A stretch of DNA of 64,000 nt from Tubulanus polymorphus (lineage: Eukaryota; Animalia; Nemertea): NCBI RefSeq assembly GCF_964204645.1, contig NC_134027.1:21042560-21106559 (forward strand). Reading direction: 5' to 3'. The number at the start of each line of letters is the position of its first letter. Position 1 is the stretch's first letter. This document shows positions 24,801 through 37,528 of the stretch, piece after piece. The translations under genes and the position numbers were made by a program. The notes beneath the pieces are model-generated. The model did no database searches. It was not told the DNA's origin and saw nothing but the letters and a program-made list of their open reading frames with translations.

Positions 24801-27440
24801 ACTAGGTTATTTCCATTCAAATGAGAGGACATAATTCGAACAAAATTTTCCACTTCCAGGTGATCCGAATTAAACGAGTTCTACCGTAGAAGCAAACGTA
24901 AGTAGCTGACTTCCCCGACCCAAAAACCTTACCTGCATTAGTCTGTTGAGACAACCATCTCCTGACCACAGTTCCAGTCGCATCCTATAATACGATTGGA
25001 TACAACATGTGAGAAAACTATTTCGAGTCTCAGGCTTCATCAATTGGGAACTCTTAAATCAACTTATCTCCATATTTTCAAATAAATATCGGTCATCTCG
25101 AGTTCAGACAGTCAACATGGACATTCTTAACACATGTTTCTTACAATTACGACAGAGCTCGGGCCTGACTTACAAATTTACAAGTCAGGATCCAGTGCCG
25201 CAGTTGTCGGTAAGGTTTAACTCCAGTCGAGATTTTTTTAGGTAGTAGTAGTTAAAAAAACATCAATATAGGAACACTTACTTTAGCGTAAATATCAACC
25301 ATTCCAAAAGCCGCCATTAAATTCTGCTGAACGGGAATCACTCGAAAATACACTGAAAAATGAACCAAACAATAACAATCATTCACTAGTCAATATTCAG
25401 TATCAAATTTAATTAAAAATTCCAGTGATACAATGTTTCCCACGCCCCAGCCCACAGAAATGAGGCCATTCAGCCTAATCAAAAATCTGCCTCAATAATT
25501 TTCTACTCGCCCACCCACCAGTTATTTCTGAGAGATTCAGGGCTCAATTCGCAGAATTAATACATTACGAACAATTTGTGTGAGTAAGCAAAACCATGAA
25601 TATACATAACAGTAATAAGTTAGGCTTAATTGTCTTATCAGCGCTAGTAAAGTGTATTTATAGAAGATAATTAATTATATAAACAAATACCTGTTTGTCC
25701 TTGAGTGTAGATTAGTTTGTTGAGTTGAATGAAAATAGAAACGCGTTTATCGTCAAATATCAATTCCGTTTCGTTCGAAAATATGACACCGCTAGCGCCC
25801 CCATCAATCGATCCTTCTATTCGCATGTAATAACGACCTTCACCTGCTTTCTCCGGCATCTGAAATCAACGTACGCAAGACACGTCATATACACACTTCG
25901 TAGATAAAACACATACACACACACACACAGAGCCATCCAGTGGCTACAGTAAATCACCCTAACTTGGACATGACAGGGTCCGATCTAAGCACTTGTCCGA
26001 TTGCCCAGGACAAGTATATTCTCATCGGGGCAAGTAGATTATCATTATCACTTGACCCCCGGGCTAGTGCAATTATATGTCAAAAAGCTATTTCCAACTC
26101 GATACAACAGATGATAGTGCCACCAATCGGACTGCCTGTGAGGGAAAGTAGCTTTTGGAGGGGGCAAGCGAAATTTCAGATGTGCTTGCCCCCCCCCCCC
26201 CCCGGGCAAGTGACTTGCATTCCTTAGATCGGACCCTACATGACCAACTCAACAAAAATGATATCATTTTTCCGACTTTCTTTCCTATCCTATCCTTAAT
26301 TCAAACTTTGCTTAATTTTAGACTATTGTTACCGAGTCCCAGTTTGTCCGAGTGAAGCGAGGTTTACTGTAGACTCGACAAAAACTTAAAGATGAAATCT
26401 AACGCCAAAAAAAAACATACAAGCAGTGGATATCATAAAATTCCATAAGAACGACTAAGGGTCCAGAGACACTGTGGCCACTTAAGAAACGGTTTGACTG
26501 CACGACCGGAGACATGTCCTATGACAACGCTAGGCTTTGAAAGTGTACAAAATGTTTTGGATTCAGCATTTCAGTAATCCTGTTCAAAAATGACTACTAC
26601 TAATACTTAGTCCAATACATTGAATAGACATTAACTCGGGAAACACTTCAGACATATATTCTTATCGTGGGATTCTTTTAAATGGCTATCGTGATGATCT
26701 CATATAGCATCCTAAGAAGGCCACGGGTGACATATTGCCGGAGATATTTTTCTCGAATTTCCACTGCAGTGCGATGTATAACCGATGTACTGCTACGTCG
26801 CATGTACCCTGCAGTTACAAGATGTTTGACAGGGGCCGCCAACGGCATTGCAGGGTAGAATGAAAGCTTAACCCTTTCAGTGCTGACTAATCAATACCCT
26901 ATAGTGCTGGATAATTTGAAAATTTTGAAAAATTCCACCCTAGTGTGCTGAATAACGGGAATACCACTATAGTGCGTCTACACCGCGGTGCAGTGTATCG
27001 TTAGTTACTAGTATTTCATTATGTTTGAAAGGTGCTGCCATTTTTCAAGAGAGATAATTACTAATTACTAATTAAATCAAAACATCGCAGTGCGGTGTAC
27101 TCGCAAAATCCATCATCGATTCATACACCGCACTGCGGTGTAGATGCACTGAAAGGGTTAATAATCAAAAAGCACCAACCCTCATCTCAACGAGTTTCGT
27201 CGTGGTCCTGTCGAACACCTCCGACGCGCTGGCGTACTCCTCGCGGTTGTTTCGTATCGACGCGCGAATCGTAATCGACGGATATTCCAGTTTCAATATC
27301 GACACGAGCAGTTTCACCTCGCTGCTCGGGTGAACTCGTTTCGGGCCGACGATGAAATACGTCGGGTCGTCCCACAGACGCACGCTCGACGTAATCTCCG
27401 CGAGCGATATCAAAATCGCGGCACAGGCCAAAATCTTCAT
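863..27440 (-). CDS. Mcr: Thioester-containing protein of the Mcr (macroglobulin complement-related / TEP6) - CD109-like group, 34 coding exons, about 1566 aa
   Basis: Exons traced by hand, all GT-AG with consistent phases (sum 4701 nt): 27180-27440, 25691-25859, 25282-25352, 24933-24984, 22856-22929, 22548-22587, 22207-22291, 21655-21781, 20997-21227, 20105-20296, 19521-19691, 18932-19120, 18432-18581, 17747-17884, 13928-13976, 13699-13830, 13068-13176, 12670-12790, 12009-12122, 11441-11557, 10398-10526, 10103-10274, 9449-9637, 8868-8946, 7660-7849, 6991-7089, 6286-6460, 5420-5655, 4309-4470, 3614-3676, 3093-3241, 2555-2729, 1500-1605, 863-1047. Motifs: signal peptide MKILACAAILISLA, LPYGCGEQ, WLTAFI, GGFASTQDSIVALQAL, SGMTVIEMDLPTGY, RWYPVANM..IYDYYEP, CLSCGSFQCPYC followed by a hydrophobic tail. 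A database annotator may label it CD109-like. Confidence 0.88.
1686..2195. repeat. Degenerate minisatellite
   Basis: Recurring GTTGCCATCT / AGACAAT / AATCTAGT units. Confidence 0.5.
2332..2510. mobile_element. Fold-back relic of two inverted PLE pLTR ends
   Basis: 2332-2414 is an imperfect inverted repeat of 2427-2510 with a 12-nt spacer. The right arm carries a full hammerhead; the left arm (minus strand) carries one lacking the first CT of the core. Confidence 0.75.
2422..2462 (+). ncRNA. Minimal hammerhead ribozyme (second family)
   Basis: CAC-CTGATGA-A-GCTTCTA(TTCAT)TAGAAGT-GAAA-GC-TC-GTG, followed by CGTCAAATAAA. Confidence 0.8.
5090..5241. mobile_element. piggyBac-like MITE, family A, internally deleted and in reverse orientation
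   Basis: TTAA|CCCTTTCAGTGC...GCACTGAAAGGG|TTAA; internal sequence shared with the 26872 and 37118 copies. Confidence 0.85.
5830..5980. repeat. Degenerate ~40-bp tandem repeat, about 4 copies
   Basis: Recurring CCACTATGAGATATCTCATAC-like unit. Confidence 0.55.
9449..9637 (-). CDS. Thioester exon of the Mcr-like gene (GCGEQ at 9555-9569)
   Basis: Translates DVVGPGFFVNHLDSENLMSLPYGCGEQAGFNFATNLYY; flanked by AG and GT. Confidence 0.95.
10640..11089. mobile_element. hAT-like MITE with 6-bp TSD
   Basis: CAGAGCTGCTAACC...GGTTGGCAGCTTTG flanked by ATAGAG on both sides. Confidence 0.65.
13448..13674. mobile_element. Degenerate Harbinger-like MITE
   Basis: Imperfect ~35-bp TIR AGGCTGGTTTTCAC..TAGTTTCCACCTAGCTTT / AAAGCTAGCTGGAAACTA..ATGAATACCAGGCT. 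Confidence 0.55.
13699..13830 (-). CDS. LDL-receptor class A module exon of the Mcr-like gene
   Basis: GCNISQGLLPCLTYQKGSGTRCYPIIKKCDGVPVCGDSTDEMG/C: six Cys (the last split across the splice junction) and the acidic CxDxxDE motif. Phase 1-1 exon, not shown in the ORF track. Confidence 0.85.
14136..14172 (-). ncRNA. Minimal hammerhead ribozyme, inverted pLTR copy (sense to the host gene)
   Basis: Exact reverse complement of 17353-17389; AATAAA on the minus strand at 14128-14133. Confidence 0.85.
14286..14945 (-). pseudogene. Inverted duplicate of the PLE ORF C-terminus (thumb/linker + GIY-YIG, 219 aa)
   Basis: Identical to the last 219 aa of the 14954-17239 ORF except E->K (TTTEIK vs TTTKIK; position 14645 vs 16880). 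Confidence 0.9.
14954..17239 (+). CDS. PLE reverse transcriptase - GIY-YIG endonuclease ORF (probably slightly 5'-truncated)
   Basis: RT motifs DKGNG, LYGLCKVHK, RPVVS, SFDVESLFTNVP, GVTMGSPLGP, RYVDD, LPFLD, VYRK; GIY-YIG motif VIYKFNC..YIGKTKRHLAIRIKEH..REALFI. No internal stops. Confidence 0.96.
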   Translation: MELRICPKFLLFKPPKLRAYASNDNLKLEILKNQIENVKTELSKTNSKLKKIKSDLCEKLTWIQTIIWLTRLNQKGRKLTSETQQRHERKLLNLWKDQRHPAPDCLINRSNYQLSLEETEILRYGLKHHILPKNINEIDLKSRIEKTVYHKNRTISGGEPNVNNSFLESIRHATISFINSAKSVCGSTWNRRFYRTIEKLRKNKDIKICSFDKGNGIVILDSNEYFDKLDKIVFDKSKFTEIKNVRKNHPVISNETKICGFLRKHVKQYVSSEIFDSIYPSGSQPGKLYGLCKVHKDNFPFRPVVSMIDTAEYNLAKYLDKIIKPHIPSKFMLNSTWEFLKKLKQFVFKPSDILISFDVESLFTNVPLKETIDIVSDYIYASDSKPTYDQATFKELLKIATSGLFMYNDRIFKQVDGVTMGSPLGPTLANFCLAHFENLLLSKTNYKPTLYLRYVDDIFGIFRNVSSYRLFFEELNRLHSNLKFTFELGPNLLPFLDTEIQIPLETGSDFISRVYRKASNTGLLLNFNAMCPYKWKIGLINTMLFRAYNICSDWTIFSEEINFLKNLFKSNAFPIHVIDQCINRFLKSKQNSEPQPKPVEDGIDLFISLPYIGNPSILFARKLKYLFKRNFEINLKCAFTTTEIKNFFSLKCATPKSLKAKVIYKFNCLCDINTSYIGKTKRHLAIRIKEHRSKTSAIGQHLAICHTCDQEFSNNKFKILDKGSSDLDCKIREALFIKAQRPSLNQQLFQNGSSFILNVFK
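17353..17389 (+). ncRNA. Minimal type I hammerhead ribozyme in the PLE pLTR
   Basis: CAC-CTGATGA-G-GGGAT(ATG)ATCCC-GAAA-ACGT-TC-GTG: conserved core boxes, 5-bp stem II, palindromic stem III region, stem I CAC/GTG. AATAAA follows at 17392-17397. Confidence 0.85.
17955..18200. repeat. Degenerate ~30-bp minisatellite
   Basis: Recurring CTGCTGTCTGTAACCACCC..CAGACAAT units. Confidence 0.6.
21316..21538. mobile_element. hAT-like MITE related to 10640-11089
   Basis: CAGGGCTGCCAAC...GTAGGCAGCTCTG, internal AATCAGTA repeats; flanks CATTTA / CGTGTA. Confidence 0.55.
24743..24886. mobile_element. pogo/Tigger-like MITE
   Basis: TA|CAGTATAACTCGTTCAATTCGGA...TCCGAATTAAACGAGTTCTACCG|TA. Confidence 0.7.
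26872..27157. mobile_element. piggyBac-like MITE, family A
   Basis: TTAA TSDs at 26868-71 and 27158-61, 12-bp TIR CCCTTTCAGTGC; lies about 20 bp from the donor of the first Mcr coding exon. Confidence 0.88.
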
Positions 27441-27506
27441 CTCTCTTTCTCTCACACACGATTTTCTGTCTGAAAAGAGTGAAATCAAACAAAGATTATC
27501 ATCAAT

Positions 27507-27763
27507 ACTTAACCATTGCTTACTTAACCATTGTTTTTCAGTTGTTATGCCTTTACTTTAATCTATTCCCCTTTCAATATTTTAATCACTCACTCCGTTT
27601 TCTTTTGTTTTGGTCTTGTATAAATATCTTGTAATATTCTCCTTTCTCAGTACGCCTGATGATGGCTAATAGTCTTTAGCCGAAACGTTGCGCAAATATA
27701 AATATATACTCTTCTACTCAAGTTTCTTGTTTTGGCTGAAGTTATTGTGGGATTTCTCTCGTT
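27507..27763 (+). mobile_element. Solo PLE pLTR-type insertion with 12-bp target-site duplication
   Basis: ATTATCATCAAT at 27495-27506 and 27764-27775; T-rich body; internal hammerhead. Confidence 0.75.
27653..27692 (+). ncRNA. Minimal hammerhead ribozyme (third family)
   Basis: CGC-CTGATGA-T-GGCTAA(TAGTCT)TTAGCC-GAAA-CG-TT-GCG. Confidence 0.8.
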
Positions 27764-29099
27764 ATTATCATCAATTTCGACAATGTAGGTTTGGACAAAA
27801 TTAAGTCAACAGGGTAACAACAGCTTACGGCCAGATGACTGAAGTAACTAGCTAAATAATCAGTTTCACACATATAAAAGTAGTTGTTGTTGTTAAGGGC
27901 CAAATTTAAGGGTTTTGGAAAGGTTAGGTGAAGGTAGAGAGTAGAATAAAAAATTTGTTCCGGTAGTTATAGGCCTAGCCCAGCACATATCAGGCCAATC
28001 CCAATTTTCACTGGTTCCTTTGGTAGGCTAAGGTTGAATTTTTTTTAAAGTCCAGCACCTTAGCACCCATGCCCATTATCGGTAACCAATCGGAATAAGC
28101 TAGAGGCAAATACAGTTCATAATTTCAACCTTTAGGCCTAACCCAACGCGCGGCATTTTTTGCGGGTTTGGTTCTTTGAGGCTAAGTGAAGGTCTAGAAG
28201 AAGACCGTTGATCATTAAACCGCCTTGATTGGAACCCATGAAGCCTGGAATGGTGACATCAGCAAGTGGCAGCTTTAGCCACTAGATTCACTTAAGTTTC
28301 AGCCACTAGAGCAAATTACATAGCAGTGTTTACTAGATACAATAACACCATATTGGCAAAATGTCCACCTAAATATTTCGCAGCAGCCATACGCCTAGTT
28401 AGTTACCAAATCATAGGTGGTAAGCTTTTAAAATCAGATGGGATCCGATCGTGAAACTAACCCACAGACAGGTTACCATAGGCATAAAGCCAAATTAAGA
28501 GATCGTGAAATTAATTCAGGCCTACTCTAATAAATGTTGTGGGTGTGTCTAAACACACCACTTACTTGAATGAATGATAATTTTCTACATTAATATCATA
28601 CAAAGAACAAAATATCAGAAATTGTGATATTCGTCTTTATGCTGTAGTATGGCGGTAGACCTACAGATAACGCCTCTTCGGTCTACACTAATACTATACA
28701 ATGACACACATACTCTACAAGACCTGCCCTTTAGTAATAGTAGTGCATAGCATACAATTGATTGATTGTGTCAATAATAAAACCCGACTACGACTTTTTG
28801 ACATACCAGACTTCTAATTATTTTGCTACAGAAGACCTTATGACTGTTTTACCTTTAAAATTACAAGGAAATATTCATCTAAATGACTATCTTTTGTAAA
28901 TCAACTTGTTTCTGACAGCAGTGTCCGATTAGTGAATCAGGTAGTTTGATTACGAAAACACCCGAACACTGACTCACTCACGAATGTATTAATAAAAACA
29001 AAATGGCGTCTATTTAACTTTTCATTTTAACGACTTTCGAGCCAAATCTAACCAATTCTTCCTCACCTGTTCCGGACATAATATACACCATTATACTCA

Positions 29100-29550
29100 C
29101 CGCTAATTGATAAATGTATCCACAAGTAAACAAGGGCGATTTTAGGCGCTATGCGCGTATAAATCCTACTTTAGACGGCGCAGTTTTATTTAGCGTGGCG
29201 TTATGGAGGCCGCCATGACAGTTAGAAGCTGGATATACAAGCTCGTCTCTGATTGGCCAAATTCCCTAGCAGAAATAATGACTTTTTATGAACAAAAAAT
29301 GAATTTGATCGAATAATTTCCCATCTAAGCTATGTCGATTGTTAATATGAACGGTATTGGGTTCTCCAAAGTGAGAAGCGGTGATTCGAACACGGAAAAT
29401 AGCCGAATTCTTTCTTTCAGCGAAAATTTGACATTGACAATTAACCAATCAGAGACCTCCTTCCAAATTCTTACATGCCCGGAAAAGTAGCACTGATCTA
29501 GACTCGATAGAAAATCATCTTCTCTCAAAAATCTCATAAAAACTGCAAAA
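29100..29550. promoter_or_regulatory. Probable bidirectional promoter shared by the Mcr-like gene and NEDD8
   Basis: Candidate splice donor of a non-coding first exon on the minus strand (GTGAGT at 29100-29095), NEDD8 ATG at 29551, divergent CCAAT boxes (CTGATTGG ~29250, CCAATCAG ~29445), YY1-like CCGCCAT ~29210, locally CpG-rich. Confidence 0.6.
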
Positions 29551-32668
<3,118 letters not shown>

Positions 32669-33137
32669 GAACAAATGGAACAATAGGAACTATTTATTAT
32701 ACCAAGCCGCGTGTCGAGGCGAATAAGCTTCAGCTACCCTCGATTGATAAACTTTCTTAAATACGTTCAAAGAACTCTTGTTTCGTTATTTGACTGTGAA
32801 TTAAAGTAAATTAAGTCTGTAAGTGTCAATCTGCAGTCTGGACCAACCCTTCAGACTTTTAAGCATCGATTGGTTAAGTTTTTTTGAAACTATGATATAA
32901 AATGTTAGCGGTTTATAGTTCATTTGTTAGTAGATTTTCGATTACAAATGTCTTGAGGTGAGGTCCTTAAAACTGTGCGTTGGAAGTCTGGACGATCGAA
33001 AATTGGAAGAAAGCCGTTGAGGTACCCCGAACGTCGTAGGGGTTGGGTGTAGGCAGCAGATTGATACCTGCATGAATTTGGCAGCAGTCAAATTATGAAC
33101 TCATGACTGAAACTTAGCGCAAGACTTACGATATACA

Positions 33138-33317
33138 TTAGACTCCGTTTACCCCACGTTCGCTTGCCTCAGATATTGCGTATCGCGGACAATATATTAC
33201 TAATTTTCCAACTCTAATTATTATTCATAACCCTCCCCTGTTCAGACTGCCCAGAAATTTGCATAGCTTGAGAATTTGTTGGTCCTGCGAGATCTGAGGC
33301 AAGCGGGGGTCTACTGT
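33138..33317. mobile_element. Tigger-like MITE in the probable NEDD8 3' UTR; relatives at ~35630-35800 and ~49690-49882
   Basis: Shared ends TAGACTCC.TTTACCCC...GGTCCTGCGAGATC.GA.GCAAGC.G.GTCTACTG seen in three places. Confidence 0.6.
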
Positions 33318-35123
33318 ATTTCGATAAATATTTTCACGTGCACTTTAGTATCGGTCTATTATTACCATTTGTACAACAACTATTTATTTGATTTTATTTT
33401 TTAGTTTCAATGTACATTACGCGCATACGTGTACTAAACATTGTATGAAATATTGTAAGCTACCAAGAATATGCCCCCGAGAGCATGGTTTCAACGGTAC
33501 TTAATATGATTGTACGTTAAATTCGTCGCTTAAAATATTGGAAGATGATTTGCTGGGTCGTACCTCTCCACTCCAATGCGCCTTTGAATAAAATAAATAC
33601 ATGTACTACCAAAAAAATGAATGAAAGTCATGTGCTTGATGCGATCGAAGACTACTCAACGAAAATGAATGTGATGCCTATGTATGTATGATAAAAGGGT
33701 AGGGTGTTGAAAGGGGTGGGATATTGACTAGATGTGTGGGAAGGGCTCTGGTGTGTAGCTCCGTCAATTTATGTATAATAAAAGGGAAATTTGTAGTGTA
33801 TTTACTGGGTCTTGTTTGTTGTTACTTGTGTTAGTGATTCAGTTCAATTTCTCGGTAAAATTCTCGGATGTCAGTATTGTATCTATGGATTGTGCCGTTA
33901 TCTGATGGAATCCTTATAGTCGATATGCCGGCAGCAGATAAAAATACGCTACAATATTGTCTGTGTAAGTGTTTAGACGGTTACAATGTAATTTTCTTGT
34001 GACGTTGTCTGCGTGGTGCATGTGGCAGCTTTAATTGATTGTAGATTTCGGTGATATAGGATCTGCACCGTCAGCTCAGGATACGACCGGGAACATGACA
34101 AACTATGCTGGAATCCGAGCGTCATATACATCGTATTTTCATGGGTTATTCACGGAATTCGTATAAAACCACGACTTATAGATAACTCGTAAAAATACGA
34201 CTTACACGTGACTCGTATCACGTAAGTCGTAGAAAAATCGTCAGTCCCGAGGGCTACGACTTATGGAGGGTTGACTGTACATAGTAAAACATCCTCGATA
34301 TAATGCTATACTCCCTATACCGCCGAAGTGGTTTGGCACCAATGTGGGCGGTATATCGGGGGTTGACTGTATTTTGGTAAGAGATATTTATTTTTAGACC
34401 TACAGGGTTTTCCTATGTTAAGGCATTTCGTTGTACCAATTCTGGAATACTGGTGCATTTTTTTCGGCTTCATTAGAATACTTCTACAACCAGTAACTAT
34501 TTAAGAATAGAATAGCGTGTTGTTTTCCAGATTTCTATCGACTGGAATATATTCAATCCAGTCCTCGTGTCTGGGAAGACTATACAGTACAGCCTGGTTA
34601 TTACAAATCTTGTCGCCGACAGTGAATTCGTATCTAAGAGGTTTTGTACCTGGATGTACATAGGGATCATTCATTTATTACATACGCATTAGAGGAGGGG
34701 GAGGGGTAAGGCAATTGCGAACTGTACTACTTAATGTATATGAAAAAATGGCAGATTTTGCGTACAGGGGGTTGAAAAAGTCAAATTTCATGCTTACGCA
34801 CGCATGAAATTTGACTTTCGTAATAAATGAATGATCCCATATATAAATACTGCAGCTGAGACGTGTACCAATCATTATAAATCAAATTCATCGAGGTCAC
34901 TCAAGGCTTTATGATCACTCCGGAAGTCTCCATAAATCAATGCGGGTAGCCTATACTATGTTACACAGATAGTCGTTTTCAGCATCAAATTCAACCATCG
35001 GGACAAAGTTCTGAAATTACCTTAACTCTGATATCACTCAGTCGGACACTATAAGTTTTAGTTTTAATACAAAAACGCATTTTCGAAACATCAACCAGAA
35101 AATTGTAGCGTGTTTCTCTTCAT

Positions 35124-35165
35124 ACATGAAGTTTCGATCTCCCACTAGAGATCATCATCAGGTGT
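35124..35165 (-). ncRNA. Degenerate minimal hammerhead ribozyme (fourth family)
   Basis: Minus strand ACAC-CTGATGA-T-GATCTC(TAGTGG)GAGATC-GAAA-CT-TC-ATGT. Stem II is perfect; stem I has a C/A mismatch next to the core. Confidence 0.65.
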
Positions 35166-36353
35166 CGGGGAGGGTTAATGTTGGCTATATCCTGTGACGA
35201 AATAAAGAACTGAAAAAACCAGGCGTTAGGCGGGTTGGACATTTATCAAAGGCTAGAACATTTTTATCCTGGCTAGAACATTTCCTAGATTATAAATCAT
35301 ACAAAACTGAAAGTTTTCTGAAGATTAATTTATTCAATAACCAACCGACTGAAAAATATTCAAAAATTCATCATATCAAAATCTGAAACACGTTTTAATA
35401 ATCGTTTCATAATAAGCACCAATAGTTTTAATCACTTCATTAAAATATCATACCAACATTGATAACAATATAAAATACGTTATTCATTTATTAATAAGTT
35501 TAATCCATAAGTTAAGAAAAGTCCATTTACAAAGACAAAGAATTCAAATAGGAACTGGGAATGGATAGTATCAACTATCTTTGATAATATGTGTTCACAC
35601 ATTTTTAAGCTACATTCTTAATTGAAGTAAAGTAAACCCTGTTTACCCCCGAAGTCAATTGCCTTGATTACCCCAGAGTTAATTGACAGTATATAAGAAA
35701 TTTTTAACTCCAATTCATTGCCACAACAACCCATCCCTGGAATTTGCATACCTCAGATAATCTAGGTCCACAAGATTTGAGGCAAGCAGAGTCTACAGTA
35801 TACAACCTTCAACTCTTATCCCATTCTAGTATGCTTTTCTAAGCACACAGATACACATGTATAATCTCTAATTTGTCAATCCATTTTTAATAAAGATAAT
35901 GTATGGGGCGAGGTCCTGAAAACAGATGAATTCCTAAACAATAAATTATTCCTAATACTCCAAAACTATTGTTACATGTGTCAGTCAGATAAATTTTCTA
36001 AGTCCAAAGAGATCTAACTTGAATCTACTTTTATAGACACATATCGGTATACTAAAATAATCTTCAAAACATGGACTCTCTTTTCTCTATTCAATTTCAT
36101 TAAAGGGGATTTTTTTGTAAATGCTTGAATACAGCACATGTACAACATGTATATGGTACGTACAGCCTAGAAGTAACTTCATCTGCGTTCCGATTTCATT
36201 CAAAATGCGTTTTCAAATGTGTTCTGATGAAAACGGAAATTGGAAAGATGACAAACTCTGATGAACTGAGTTTCTTCTAGACTGTAGCCTACAGTAAAAT
36301 GGATTAGTTTAGTTCAGCTGCCCATCCATTCTAATGATTTGACAGGTGTTTTA

Positions 36354-36646
36354 AGCCGGGCGTAGGTCATCCTTGCAACGCGATCGTCGCGTTGCGTCAC
36401 AAGTGGCCGCGCAAGTCGGTTGCGATGCGGTTGTCAGCGACTGTGTGCGACTAGTTGCTGCCAGTCGCAACAGCACGCAGGTCGGTTGCGACGGTCGACT
36501 GGCGTCGCTGGCAGTTGCAACCCGTCGCTGGCAGTCGCAAGGTAGCGTAGGTCGGTGAGTCGTTGCGACGCGATCGTCGCTGGCGGCCGCAGTGAGTCGC
36601 GTCGCAGTGAGTCGCAAGCCGTCGCAGGGCCGACCTACGCCCGCCT
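36354..36646. mobile_element. PIF/Harbinger-type MITE, GC-rich with GTCGC/GCGAC repeats
   Basis: TIR AGCCGGGCGTAGGTC / GACCTACGCCCGCCT, 3-bp TSD TTA. Confidence 0.8.
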
Positions 36647-37117
36647 TTAGAGTTATTGCACCGGACATCTGTGCACATGAATATAACTGGACATAAGTAT
36701 TTCAATAATACTCATAACGTTGATGAAACACTATGTCCATATTGTTATGATAAATTGAGAATCCCACAATAATGAGAAAGATGATTCATGAAGATGACTA
36801 TTAGACAAATAAAATCCCACAATAAATGAATCGATCTCTGTCAACTTTAACAAAGGTTATAGCCCCCATAATAAACCCCTTTCTGAATATGTCAGTACTT
36901 AAGTCCCCATAACTTTATGTGCAGTGGTTCGTATCTTATTTCATACATATACATATTTATGTACATACATATACCGTGTAATCATTTGGCAAGTAATTTT
37001 AGACCGAAGAAGGGTGGTAGCAACATTTTAGATCAATTCATTAATTGCGGGATTTTACTCATCGTTTTATCATACCTGATTCATGACTATTATCGAATCA
37101 ATGAATTATTAGCTTAA

Positions 37118-37401
37118 CCCTTTCAGTACTGGCTAATTAATACCCTATAATGCTGAAGATAATTTGAAAATTCTGAAAAATTCCACCCTTGTGTGTTGAA
37201 TAACGGGAATAGCACTATAGTGCGTCTACACCCTGGCGCGGTATATCGTTAATTACTAATATTTCACTATGTTAGGTGCTGCCATCTTTCAAGAGGGATA
37301 ATTAGTAATTACTAATTAAATTAATACACCGCAGTGCGGTGTACTAGCAAAATCCATTACCGATTCGTACACCGCACTGCCGTGTAGACGCACTGAAAGG
37401 G
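37118..37401. mobile_element. piggyBac-like MITE, family A
   Basis: TTAA TSDs at 37114-17 and 37402-05; colinear with 26872-27157. Confidence 0.88.
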
Positions 37402-37528
37402 TTAAAGGAAACTCTTCGGAGTCCATCTTCCACGTTATATCAGTGTGGGATTCTCAATTTACAATAATACTGGTTTATCAATACTGTTTAAGCATGTACA
37501 GCACATGTATGACTGAGTTTTTGACAAT

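Noticed and set aside
36351-36705. Three overlapping ORFs of 61-105 aa
   Set aside because: They arise from the GC-rich repetitive MITE and show no protein motifs.
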